DNA of 64,000 nt from a virus (lineage: Duplodnaviria; Heunggongvirae; Uroviricota; Caudoviricetes). Positions within the stretch are counted from its first letter, which is position 1, and each line of letters opens with the position of its first letter. Under the pieces are notes generated by a model. The model had not been told where the DNA came from. It did not search any database and was given only the letters and a program-made list of their open reading frames with translations. A program made the translations under genes and the position numbers. Location: the IMG/VR virus record IMGVR_UViG_3300028886_000029, positions 299,318 through 363,317 of that record; one strand, 5' to 3'. Below are positions 1 through 9,644 of the stretch, in pieces.

Positions 1-29
1 GTAATTCAATATCCGAACATTTCGGCCAA

Positions 30-308
30 TTGTTTCAATGTATGGTGTGTTTTCCAAGTAACTTGTCTTGGGTAATGTCATTAATTGATTGGTTTTTCCT
101 GCCCCAAGTAGCGATTACCCCATTTAATATATTGCTTAGCGGAACCGGTTTATGGTGGTTGGCGATTTTGATGGATATTGGTTTTGGTGCAGGCATTACT
201 TGGACAATACATAATATCGTGGGTTTTTTTGAATCAATCGCCGAAGGAAACAATGCGGATGGCATAGAGGAAAATAATGAAGAAATAATTGATGTCAGTG
301 ATGAATGA
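30..308 (+). CDS. Hypothetical membrane protein, probably 5'-truncated by the window edge
   Basis: Hydrophobic ORF with an acidic tail; the frame appears to continue upstream of the annotated start. Confidence 0.6.
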   Translation: MFQCMVCFPSNLSWVMSLIDWFFLPQVAITPFNILLSGTGLWWLAILMDIGFGAGITWTIHNIVGFFESIAEGNNADGIEENNEEIIDVSDE

Positions 309-624
309 TGTTAACTCACTTAAACAAGACATAGCCAAAACCAAGGCTATAGTAAAGCAAGAACAGGTCATATTGAAAGACAAAGCCAAAAACGGAATGT
401 TTGACGGTAGTGAAACAGTTCTGTCCGATAATAGGGATTACTTTCAAAACGCTCTTAAAAAACTCGAAAAAGAATATGTGTGGGATGATGAGAACAAAAC
501 ATATAAGCTAAAAACAGATAACAAACCAGAAACAAACACAGCGGTAATCAATCCCCAAAACATTAAGGCAACAAAAGCCTTTAAAGAAAAAATAAAAGAA
601 AATATCAAAAAAATTTTCAAATGA
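301..624 (+). CDS. Hypothetical protein
   Basis: ORF overlapping both neighbours (ATGA coupling at 621); exact start uncertain. Confidence 0.65.
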   Translation: MNDVNSLKQDIAKTKAIVKQEQVILKDKAKNGMFDGSETVLSDNRDYFQNALKKLEKEYVWDDENKTYKLKTDNKPETNTAVINPQNIKATKAFKEKIKENIKKIFK

Positions 625-1115
625 ACACAAACGAAGAACTATATAACCACCTCCTTTTTCAATTTGGATATAATAGCCAAAATCTGTTTCTGACAGAAAC
701 AAGAGGTTATGTTTCTGATATTGATGACGCTATTAATGTTTTGCTTGAAATGGTATCGTTACAGATTGAGACAACCATTAAAACACAAACATCAATAACA
801 TACACATATACACAGGAAAAACTTAAATCCAAACTAAACACTTTTTTTGATGAATTTAGATTGACCCTCACAACACAATTTGACTCCAAAAAATCTTATT
901 TAGGTGAATTTCACCCAAAATCAATTATGGAAAAAGATGAAAAAATTGTTTGTGTGCCTCGAGTGGAAATCAAAATATCCGCAAATAATGTTAATGACTT
1001 GCGACAGGTTTTTGCCTTTGCTTGCGGTCATGAATTGACACACGGTTATAATCTTTTGCAATACGCCAAACAATATGGTGTTACGAAAAATGTGCAAGAA
1101 AGCCCACTACTTTAG
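621..1115 (+). CDS. HExxH-motif (putative zinc metallopeptidase-like) protein; 3' end replaced by IS insertion
   Basis: GHELTHGY motif; removing 1085-2469 restores the frame ...YGVT-LDGKNMNNNTTIKQ* ending at 2515, 6 nt before the dUTPase ATG. Confidence 0.7.
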   Translation: MNTNEELYNHLLFQFGYNSQNLFLTETRGYVSDIDDAINVLLEMVSLQIETTIKTQTSITYTYTQEKLKSKLNTFFDEFRLTLTTQFDSKKSYLGEFHPKSIMEKDEKIVCVPRVEIKISANNVNDLRQVFAFACGHELTHGYNLLQYAKQYGVTKNVQESPLL

Positions 1116-2469
1116 TGGTGGGATGAATTGCACTACAAATATACATATTTTTTGTTAATAAACAAAACTTTTTGATTTTTCATACTATTTACAAGTAAAT
1201 GATACAATATAGAACATATACAATAAGACTATTTCCAAACAAGGAACAGGAACAACAACTACAGAACCTACCCCTTGCAAGAAACACATTGTATAACATT
1301 CTTATTGATATTGAGCAACAGACTTATAAAACAGCTGGCAAAATAAAAACTGAGTATGATTTAGATAAAGACATAACAGCACTAAGAAAACAAACGCCAT
1401 TGTTATTATGCCTTAATTCAAAAGCAAGCCAAAGGGTTGCTAAAGAAATATATTCATCATACAAATCATTTTTTAACCTTATTAAAAAGGATAACGCAGC
1501 AAAACCACCACAAAAACTACAAGATGTTAACCATTTTCATACCGTTGTCTATAACCAAACAGGTTGGAAATTCATTAATGATGAAACCTTAAAAATTAAT
1601 GGTATTGTTGTTAATTACAAAGGGATTCCAGGTATTGACTATTCTAAGCAAACAATTAAAGAAGTTAAACTTAAATACCGTAATGGTAAATATCTTCTTG
1701 ATTTAGGCATTGAAAATTATGTTCAGGAAAAGGAAGAATTGACACAAGAAAACAAGGTGCTTGCAATTGACTTAGGGATTAAGAACCTATGTAATGGTGT
1801 TGATAATCTGGGGAATGTTGTTATAATACCTAACAAAGCAAAAAAAATTAACACATACTTTAGAAAACAAATATCCAAAGTACAAAGTAAGATGGATAAA
1901 TGTGCTAAAGGTAGCAATAGACATGAAAAGCTAAAAAAAGTAAAGAAAAAACTGTACAAACGAAAGGATGCACAGATAAAACAAACTCTACATATTCAGA
2001 GTAAAAAATTAGTGAATATGAACTACAAAACAATTGTAGTAGGTGACTTAAGCGTAAAGAAACTCATGGAAAAGGGAAGTAACAAATTAACGAAGACATC
2101 CAGGAGCTTCAGTGAAAGCGCGATAGCCACATTTATGGAATTTTTAACATATAAATGCCAAAACAGTAACACTGAGTTGGAAACCATTAATGAGAAATGG
2201 ACAACACAGCAGAATTGTTTAACGGGCAAGTTATTTAAAAATAAAGTAGAATTATCGGATAGGGTAGTTTATCTTTCAGATTCCATAGTAATTGACCGTG
2301 ATTTGAATGCTGCAATTAATATATTGAAGCGATATGAACAGAATCACATTGCACTGCTGACAGTGCCATTGGATGTATCCAATGTGGTTAATAGGTATAA
2401 CTTATTAACAAATATGTGTTCTTAAAATTGGTTAAGAACCCCACGATTTCAATCGTGGGAGTATGTCAG
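1085..2469 (+). mobile_element. Non-autonomous IS200/IS605-family (IS1341-like, TnpB-only) element
   Basis: TTAC target at 1081-1084; left end AAAG + hairpin CCCACTAC-TTTA-GTGGTGGG (1099-1122); right end GAAC + hairpin CCCACGATT-TC-AATCGTGGG (2436-2459) ending at TCAG 2469; no tnpA. Confidence 0.88.
1199..2425 (+). CDS. tnpB: RNA-guided endonuclease TnpB
   Basis: N-terminal YTIRLFPNKEQ segment; RuvC motifs AIDLGI, VVGDL and DRDLNAAINI. Confidence 0.93.
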   Translation: MIQYRTYTIRLFPNKEQEQQLQNLPLARNTLYNILIDIEQQTYKTAGKIKTEYDLDKDITALRKQTPLLLCLNSKASQRVAKEIYSSYKSFFNLIKKDNAAKPPQKLQDVNHFHTVVYNQTGWKFINDETLKINGIVVNYKGIPGIDYSKQTIKEVKLKYRNGKYLLDLGIENYVQEKEELTQENKVLAIDLGIKNLCNGVDNLGNVVIIPNKAKKINTYFRKQISKVQSKMDKCAKGSNRHEKLKKVKKKLYKRKDAQIKQTLHIQSKKLVNMNYKTIVVGDLSVKKLMEKGSNKLTKTSRSFSESAIATFMEFLTYKCQNSNTELETINEKWTTQQNCLTGKLFKNKVELSDRVVYLSDSIVIDRDLNAAINILKRYEQNHIALLTVPLDVSNVVNRYNLLTNMCS

Positions 2470-2521
2470 GCTTGACGGAAAAAACATGAACAATAATACA
2501 ACAATTAAACAGTAAAACCAC

Positions 2522-3028
2522 ATGAAAATCAAAATTAAAAAACTAAATGATTTGGCTAAAACACCGGTTAAGGCGAAAGAAGGTGATTTTTGTTATGATG
2601 TGTGGGCAACATCAGTGGAAGAGATAGCACCCAATGTCTACAAATATGGAACAGGACTTGCGTTTGAAATTGTAAGAGATTATGAAACGGTACTAAATTA
2701 TGATAAAAAATCATGCTCTTCAGGTCTTGAACTTAATTTAGACTATTCACCATTAAATATTTCAATTGATTTTAGACCAAGAAGTTCTGTATGGAAAACA
2801 GGAATGGTTCTCAGTAATTGTGAAGGTACAATTGATGAAGGCTATAGAAACGAGGTATTTGCCATTTTTTATCATGTGATGCCCAATATGCCAAAATACG
2901 AAGTCGGTGATAGAATTGGACAAATTAAAATCGGTGTTACAACACCTATTGATTTTGAAGTTGTGGATGAATTAAATAATGACACTGACCGTGGACTTGA
3001 TGGTTTTGGTAGTAGTGGTCTAAAATAG
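2522..3028 (+). CDS. dut: dUTP diphosphatase (trimeric dUTPase)
   Basis: Motifs RPRSS, GTIDEGYR, GDRIGQ and RGLDGFGSSG. Confidence 0.95.
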   Translation: MKIKIKKLNDLAKTPVKAKEGDFCYDVWATSVEEIAPNVYKYGTGLAFEIVRDYETVLNYDKKSCSSGLELNLDYSPLNISIDFRPRSSVWKTGMVLSNCEGTIDEGYRNEVFAIFYHVMPNMPKYEVGDRIGQIKIGVTTPIDFEVVDELNNDTDRGLDGFGSSGLK

Positions 3029-3035
3029 AAAACTT

Positions 3036-3896
3036 ATGGATTTGCTAACAGAAATCAAAAAAATAATAAAAGAAGAGTATGGTATTTCAGATGTTGTTAA
3101 CTTGGAAACAAGAAAAATCATTAACACAATAAAATCATACCACCCAAAAAACGCAAAACAAATTGTTAATGGTTTTCCACTAATTGAAGGGGAAATATAT
3201 AACTATGTGTTTCTTAATATTAGAATAGATTTGTTTTTTAGAATATATTACATTACAGATAACAGTCAAATTAATTTAATTAAAGATACAAACCCAGGTA
3301 ATACTGCTTTTGATGAAAACACACAAAAGTACTTTATCCAAACAACTGTTATCTGTAATAATGGTAATTTTACTGACTATAACGGAACGACTGAACATGA
3401 GGTTGACCATCTTTTTAAAATTAAAAAAAGAGGTAAAAAACCACTGTATAATCCAATAAGTCAGGAAATTTATCAAAAAGCAAGAAATTTGTGTATTAGA
3501 GACAATTTCTATTCCCAAATTGTTGGCTACGTTATTTACTATAATAACAAATTTGAAAGGGACGCGTTCGCAAGTGAAACATATAGAACCATAATGGACA
3601 ACCCACATACTGAGCCAATTGAAACGGTTAAAAATGGTATATTGTTTAAAAATATTAAAATAATAAATACTTTTATTGAAAATATATCAACCGAAGACAA
3701 AGAAAAAATTGAAAACATACTATCAAACAATTTTGGAAAACATTTTGATTGGTGGTATAATATGGCTAAAAATGTTGTTAGAAACTATTATACAAAAATA
3801 GGAAAAGCAATAGTGAAGGCTGAAAAAGACCTGTTAAAAAAATATCCAATGTCCAATTTTAAAAAACAAATATCTGAACCACCAACAAAACTTTAG
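3036..3896 (+). CDS. Hypothetical protein with HExxH motif
   Basis: EHEVDHL plus downstream FERDA; loosely resembles the 621 ORF. Confidence 0.6.
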   Translation: MDLLTEIKKIIKEEYGISDVVNLETRKIINTIKSYHPKNAKQIVNGFPLIEGEIYNYVFLNIRIDLFFRIYYITDNSQINLIKDTNPGNTAFDENTQKYFIQTTVICNNGNFTDYNGTTEHEVDHLFKIKKRGKKPLYNPISQEIYQKARNLCIRDNFYSQIVGYVIYYNNKFERDAFASETYRTIMDNPHTEPIETVKNGILFKNIKIINTFIENISTEDKEKIENILSNNFGKHFDWWYNMAKNVVRNYYTKIGKAIVKAEKDLLKKYPMSNFKKQISEPPTKL

Positions 3897-3946
3897 TTGT
3901 TTAATTAAATTAATTTTTATATTTTTGTAAAAAATAGATTGATATT

Positions 3947-4867
3947 ATGCACGATGAAATTGCGTTAAATTATGATGACATCACTGTCATTCCAGAAAAA
4001 ATCACAACAATAACAAGTAGAAAAGAATGTAACCCATATGATGAAAACGGTTATTTGCCGATATTCGCAAGTTGTATGAGTTCCGTTGTGTCAATAGACA
4101 ACACCAAAGATTTTAACAAAGCCAAAATAAGAACAGTCATTCCAAGAAGTTATTCTGTTGATGATAGGCTTAAATATCTTGCTGAAAATTTCCCCAATAC
4201 ACCAAATTTTGTGGCATTTTCACTTAATGAGGCAAAAGATTTGTTCGTTGATAACTATCTACTAACAACAGTAAAAATTAACAAATACTTTACTAAATAT
4301 TTAGATACTAATTTAATTAATGTACTTAGTGATAAAAATAAAACATGGAAAACTGAATTCCAATGGCCAATTAAAATCTGTATTGATTTGGCGAATGGAC
4401 ACATGAAGAAACTCCTTGATTTGGTTAAGGACATTAAAAGAATACATGGTGATAATATTATTATCATGACAGGAAACATTGCGAACCCTGAAACATATCG
4501 TGATTATGAGGAGGCAGGTGTGGATTATTGCAGGGTTTCCGTGGGTACAGGAGACGCTTGTTTTGTTGAAGGAACAAAAATAACAATGGCTGATGGTAGT
4601 AAAGTCAATGTTGAAGATGTTGATAAAGGTGATTTTGTTAAAACCAAAAACGGAATTTATAAAGTTACTAATACTATTGTAAAAAAAACAGAAGAAACAA
4701 TAAAAATTAATGATGATATTGAGTGTACTCCAAATCATAAATTTTTTGTTGTTAAGAAAAATGATGTCAAAGAAAACATTGATTTAACAGATGAAGAAAT
4801 TAAAAAAATTGGATTTTGGGTCGAAGCATCTGAATTAACCGATGATTATTTCTTGGTACAGGCATAA
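3947..4867 (+). CDS. guaC: GMP reductase/IMPDH-family N-extein fused to split-intein N-part (intein from 4559, 102 aa)
   Basis: LNYDDI, IDLANGH, GNIANPE and RVSVGTGDA, then intein block A CFVEGTKITMADG and block B ECTPNHKF; stops after DDYFLVQA. Confidence 0.88.
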   Translation: MHDEIALNYDDITVIPEKITTITSRKECNPYDENGYLPIFASCMSSVVSIDNTKDFNKAKIRTVIPRSYSVDDRLKYLAENFPNTPNFVAFSLNEAKDLFVDNYLLTTVKINKYFTKYLDTNLINVLSDKNKTWKTEFQWPIKICIDLANGHMKKLLDLVKDIKRIHGDNIIIMTGNIANPETYRDYEEAGVDYCRVSVGTGDACFVEGTKITMADGSKVNVEDVDKGDFVKTKNGIYKVTNTIVKKTEETIKINDDIECTPNHKFFVVKKNDVKENIDLTDEEIKKIGFWVEASELTDDYFLVQA

Positions 4868-4872
4868 AATGT

Positions 4873-6000
4873 TTGTCTTTTTCCAAAACATTTACTATTT
4901 ATAATAAAAAAAAAATAATAGATATAAAATTGTTTTTAAAATTGGCAGAATTAGAATGTAAAGAATGTGGTAAAATTTTTGAATATGAAAAAGAATCTTC
5001 TTGTAGGGGACAGTTAAAGAGACATTTAAGAGAATGTCACCATATGTCAGTATTAGATTATATTGTTAAGCACGAATATAATGGTATTAGACCAAAATGT
5101 CCATGTGGTTGTGGCCATGAATTAAATTTAAGAAGTGGTGGAAAAAGATGGGAATTTACCAAATACTATGCTGATACTTGTTATGGTAATTTAGTTAGAA
5201 GTTGTAATGAAGATGTTTTAAAACATTATAAAGAAGCACATAAAAATGATTTTGATGTTGTAAAATATTATGAAACACATTACGATAGGGATACATATGA
5301 AAAGGCATTTAAATTATTTTCAAGTAAAGAATTTACCTTAGAGGATGTTTCAAAATCTTATAATATTGATAAAAGGACATTGAAAAAAGTGTGGCTTGCA
5401 ATGAACATTACAAATGCGGCTGAATTGACTGAACTAATAGATTATTCTAAATATACATTGTCAAAGTTACATAATCCTAAAGTGATTATAAATGACGAAA
5501 CAATGATGAGTTGGATGTATAATATGATAAAAACACACCCCTCCAAATATACAATACATGCACTAATAAAAGAATATAACAAAACACATTTGGAAAATCC
5601 TTGTGAATCATATGATGGAACTTTGTTACAGTCTCTACATAGAATTTATGGTGATGAAATTGATTTTTTGTTAGCAACAGGCTATCACTCCAGCGAAGAA
5701 TACAAACTTTATGAAGTATTAAAATTTTTTATACCTGAATATAGAATTAAGTTGGGTAAAAGATTTATTTTAAATGGTGATTATTGCTATTTTGATTTTT
5801 TAATTGGTTCAAAACTACTTATTGAATATGATTCCGATGGAAAATTTCATGAATCAAAATCAGTGAAAATAAATGATAAAGAAAAAGAAAATTTTGCAAA
5901 AGAAAACGGTTATTCTTTTTTAAGACTTTCGAAAAAAGAAGCACAAGATATTAACACAATTATTAAAATTAAAAACATGTTAAAAAATGAAACTAGTTGA
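4873..6000 (+). CDS. Free-standing homing endonuclease (zinc-finger motifs + Vsr/DUF559-like nuclease domain)
   Basis: CKECGK...HLRECH and CPCGCG motifs; C-terminal FDFLIGSKLLIEYDSDGKFH...KENFAKENGYSFLRL; lies between the intein halves; start codon uncertain. Confidence 0.8.
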   Translation: MSFSKTFTIYNKKKIIDIKLFLKLAELECKECGKIFEYEKESSCRGQLKRHLRECHHMSVLDYIVKHEYNGIRPKCPCGCGHELNLRSGGKRWEFTKYYADTCYGNLVRSCNEDVLKHYKEAHKNDFDVVKYYETHYDRDTYEKAFKLFSSKEFTLEDVSKSYNIDKRTLKKVWLAMNITNAAELTELIDYSKYTLSKLHNPKVIINDETMMSWMYNMIKTHPSKYTIHALIKEYNKTHLENPCESYDGTLLQSLHRIYGDEIDFLLATGYHSSEEYKLYEVLKFFIPEYRIKLGKRFILNGDYCYFDFLIGSKLLIEYDSDGKFHESKSVKINDKEKENFAKENGYSFLRLSKKEAQDINTIIKIKNMLKNETS

Positions 6001-6709
6001 AATAAAAAAAATCACACACAAACAGTGTACTAAAAATGTTTATGACCTTGAAGTTGAAACTGAACATTCTTACATTGCAAATGGTTATATAGTGCATAAT
6101 TGCCTTACAGCGAGTAACACAGCGGTTCATTTTCCGGTCTTTTCCTTATTGCAAAAAATCTATGATATAAAACAGCAAATTGGTGGTAAATGTAAAATTA
6201 TCGCTGACGGTGGAATAAAAGGATATAGGGATATACAAAAAGCTTTGATTTATGCTGATTATGTGATGATTGGCAGCTTATTTAATAAAGCGATGGAAAG
6301 CGCCGGTAAAACCACCTACGGTAGTTTCTATTGGAACATCAGGGGTAAAAAAATATATAGGCCAATCACAACCCTTCTAAAATACGGTAAGGAAATACCT
6401 AAAGACAAATATGAGGAAACTTATAGACTCATTAAAGACAATAAACTGACAGTGTGGAAAGAGTTCTTCGGTCAAAGCACAAAAATAGCACAGGCTATAG
6501 TGGCATCGGCAAATACACAAACCCTTAAGTCACTTAAAACATCTGAAGGTCTCCTTAAATACCAAAAAGTAGAGTACACATTACAAAGCTGGGCTGAAAA
6601 TGAAACCGATTACTTGCGTTCGGCAATGTCCTATACCAACTCACATACACTTGATGAATATAAAAACAGCCAATGGACAAGAATCACACAAATTAGATAT
6701 AATAAATAA
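5987..6709 (+). CDS. guaC: Split-intein C-part (38 aa) fused to GMP reductase/IMPDH-family C-extein
   Basis: VYDLEVETEHSYIANGYIVHN|C at 6100/6101, followed by IIADGGI, ADYVMIGS, SEG and LRSAMSY. Confidence 0.88.
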   Translation: MKLVEIKKITHKQCTKNVYDLEVETEHSYIANGYIVHNCLTASNTAVHFPVFSLLQKIYDIKQQIGGKCKIIADGGIKGYRDIQKALIYADYVMIGSLFNKAMESAGKTTYGSFYWNIRGKKIYRPITTLLKYGKEIPKDKYEETYRLIKDNKLTVWKEFFGQSTKIAQAIVASANTQTLKSLKTSEGLLKYQKVEYTLQSWAENETDYLRSAMSYTNSHTLDEYKNSQWTRITQIRYNK

Positions 6710-6710
6710 A

Positions 6711-6869
6711 ATGGAAAACTTGACTTGGAAAGATATTAAAACAATCGTGAACATAGCGGATGACATGATTGATTTGGATATTCAGGACAAATTACCTGAA
6801 TGCTGTGCGACTGAGGAAGGCTATTATCAGGAAATTTTAAACAGATTTTTAAAAAGAAAAGAGAGGTAA
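6711..6869 (+). CDS. Small LTWKD-family protein (paralog of the 10502 C-terminal half)
   Basis: MENLTWKDIKTI...YYQEILNRF versus LTWKDMRKI...YYEEVLRRY. Confidence 0.7.
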   Translation: MENLTWKDIKTIVNIADDMIDLDIQDKLPECCATEEGYYQEILNRFLKRKER

Positions 6870-6886
6870 TCATTTACCTCTCTTTT
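6857..6886. terminator. Bidirectional intrinsic terminator
   Basis: AAAAGAGAGGTAA-TCAT-TTACCTCTCTTTT between convergent genes. Confidence 0.8.
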
Positions 6887-6894
6887 TATATATA

Positions 6895-8202
6895 CTAAGC
6901 ATCAACCCTTGTCCAACCTGTTGGAATACCACGTGTACCTGTTGTCCATCCTGTCATAGATGCCGCCTTAACAAATGTACCTGATGCTGCCACACCATTT
7001 ACCCAATTAGCGGTACAATCAGTTGCTGATATATCAGTGGCAAGACATTTAATATAATTAAGATTTGTACAACCTTGAAACATACTCTTATAACACTGAG
7101 TTACTAATGTTGTAGCTGATAATTCAGGTGTGGTTGTTAAACTTGTACAACCCTGGAACATACTGTCATAACAACTATTCGCTAATGTTGTTGCGGGTAA
7201 TTCAGGTGTGGTTACTAATGACGTACAGTTTCTGAACATAGAAACGTAGCATTCAACAGTCAATGCTGTTGCTAACAAATAATTTGAAGGTATTGCTGTT
7301 AAGGAAGCGCAATTTTGGAACATACTACTGCAACAATAATCTGCTAATGTTGTTGCTGATAAAGCGGGTACCGACGTTAAAGCTGTGCAACCATAGAACA
7401 TCTGATTATAACAACCATATGCTAATGTTGTGGCAGGTAACTCAGGTGCGGTTCTTAGACTTGTACAACCCCAGAACATACTACTACAACAATAATTTGC
7501 TAACGTTGTTGCAGGCAATTCAGGTGCTGTAGTTAGATTTGTACAACCTCTGAACATATACATATAACAACCGCTTGCCAATGTGGTGGCAGGTAAAACT
7601 GAAGGTGCAGTGGTTAAGCCTGTACAATCCCTGAACATATAATAATAACAATAATCAGCTAATGTAGTAGCAGGTAACAGTAGTTTACTTGCATCGGTTA
7701 AACCTGTACATTTATAAAATAAATGCCTAAATGCATAATAACCATTACTTTCTAATGTGGTTAGTGTACTGAAATTGGTTGGGTTAATCAATGACATTAT
7801 GTTTCCTTTAACCTTGAATTGTGCCGTACTACCACTGAATGTATTATAAGAAGATGATGTACCATATGCGGTGTTATTTCCTCTAAGTTGAACGGTATTA
7901 CCTGATTCAACATCTATTGGAATACCATCAGTTGTACTTGTGATGGATGTCCATGTTGTACCATTATCTTTACTATATTCAATGGTTTTGGTTAATGCCG
8001 TGTCACTTGCTTTCCAAACAATATTACCGCCACCCGTTATCTCAAATGTAAGCGGTGTTTCAAGTAGTTTCTCATATTCGGATTTGTTATAGTTAACCTT
8101 GGCGTTATCCTCAGTGTAAGATACCCAAGGTTCAAGATAATCATTATTTCTTGCCGTTGTATATTCAGCAACTGTATTAAATCTATGAAGCCATCTACTC
8201 AT
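6895..8202 (-). CDS. BspA-like leucine-rich repeat protein
   Basis: About 9 tandem 25-27 aa repeats LPATTLAxxCYxxMFxGCTxLTTAPE; C-terminal GIPTGWT. Confidence 0.88.
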   Translation of the reverse strand: MSRWLHRFNTVAEYTTARNNDYLEPWVSYTEDNAKVNYNKSEYEKLLETPLTFEITGGGNIVWKASDTALTKTIEYSKDNGTTWTSITSTTDGIPIDVESGNTVQLRGNNTAYGTSSSYNTFSGSTAQFKVKGNIMSLINPTNFSTLTTLESNGYYAFRHLFYKCTGLTDASKLLLPATTLADYCYYYMFRDCTGLTTAPSVLPATTLASGCYMYMFRGCTNLTTAPELPATTLANYCCSSMFWGCTSLRTAPELPATTLAYGCYNQMFYGCTALTSVPALSATTLADYCCSSMFQNCASLTAIPSNYLLATALTVECYVSMFRNCTSLVTTPELPATTLANSCYDSMFQGCTSLTTTPELSATTLVTQCYKSMFQGCTNLNYIKCLATDISATDCTANWVNGVAASGTFVKAASMTGWTTGTRGIPTGWTRVDA

Positions 8203-8364
8203 AATTAATTTAGTGATTTTGCTTATTATTATAATAATAAATATTTTAATAAAAACAAAATCACTATCCTCACAAAAAATTATCTCCTATTTTTTCTTTG
8301 TTATTCACTCATATTTTTGTATTTTTGTAAAAAAAGTAAAAATATATTTCTTATCACATCAAAA

Positions 8365-8380
8365 CGGCACGATTTTTGTA
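8365..8380 (+). promoter_or_regulatory. Sigma54-type -24/-12 promoter
   Basis: CGGCACGATTTTTGTA upstream of the 8418-13033 gene run. Confidence 0.7.
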
Positions 8381-9207
8381 ATATAAAAAAACAAACTTTT
8401 AAAAAAAAATTATTTTTATGGAACTTATTAAAAAAATACATTCACTTATTACCGGTTACAAAACAAAAGATGTTGAAGGTGCTGAATTGTGGGTCGTATC
8501 ATGGAACGCACGTTACGGGGATTGTTATACTGATACTGAGCGTGCCGCCAAAGCGTTCTTCACCGAAGAAGACGCAAAGACATTTGTTAAATCATTGAAA
8601 GACGCACAAGAACTTTTAAATTATACCGAAAGTCTTGACATTAAAATCCAAAAACAAAAGTAACAAAATGAAAAAAGTTTTAAGTATTTTAGTAACCATC
8701 ATCCTCTTAATGGGTTGTTCAGATTATTCAGAAGAAGAACAAATTAAACGCCATCAGACTTTTATCCAGAATCATACAATAATGATTGAGATGGAGTTTA
8801 ACGGAAACACACATGAATTTGTGTGGTATGCAAGTGGATATACCGCTGGTTTAGCACATTGGCCTGATTGCAAATATTGTAATTCAAAACAGTAAATGAT
8901 ATGGATAGAAAATGTACCAACTGTGCCTTCTGTCAAAGATTTAAATATTCCTCAAATGATAAGACTGAACAAATGAGGTGTTGGACGGAACCAGGTGTTT
9001 GTGACCATGCGTTTGTGCAGTCAATAAAAGAGGCTGAGAACTATGTCTGTGAGGAACATAAATTTCAGGAAGAGTATATCAGAGAACTGTATGAGGATGC
9101 AAAAGAGAAATATGAGTATTATAAAAAAGAAATGAAAAAATTAGACCAACTTAAAACAAAAAGTGATGGTTCTGAGTTTTCCGCTTAACACAAAAAAAGA
9201 AATAAAT

Positions 9208-9644
9208 ATGAAGTACATTGACGCAGACAAGTTATTGTCCGAGATTGAACGTGAACAAGAACAAGATTGGGAAAAAATACTTGAGTTTGCGCATAATAAA
9301 GGATGGTTATGAAAAAAGTTTTTGAACAAATACTTACATGGTTTGAAGATACCTTTGAGGACGGTAAAATAGATGATTCGTATCACAAGCGAATTGTTAA
9401 TGGTGTTGTCTCATCTTATGTAACAAAAGCTAAATTAAAAGAAAAACTATCTAACATCATCAACTCTTTTCAGCAGGAAAAGCCAGAGGTGGATTTGGAG
9501 AAAGAAATAGAACGATATACGGAGGAAACAATTCATCTCCCAATAACTCATAAAAGAACCCCAATGGATATAATGGAATCTGATTGGGTTAGATGTGCTC
9601 ATCACTTCTACGAACTTGGTCTTAAAGCAAGAAAGGAGGAATAA
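9208..9644 (+). pseudogene. MKYIDA-family gene split into an N-terminal stub (9208-9312) and ORF 9309-9644
   Basis: Stub MKYIDADKLLSEIER matches the 40456 N-terminus; the second ORF carries the family tail QQEKPEVDLEKEI...HFYELGLKARKEE. Confidence 0.65.

Noticed and set aside
1085-2469. TnpB element as an IStron (intron-IS chimera)
   Set aside because: Only ~115 nt lie between the left end and tnpB, with no group I core
3947-6709. guaC/guaB as a pseudogene disrupted by an insertion
   Set aside because: Both halves carry intact intein splice motifs and their own starts, consistent with trans-splicing
6895-8202. LRR gene as a diversity-generating retroelement target
   Set aside because: No reverse transcriptase and no template/variable repeat pair with adenine-specific mismatches seen in the window
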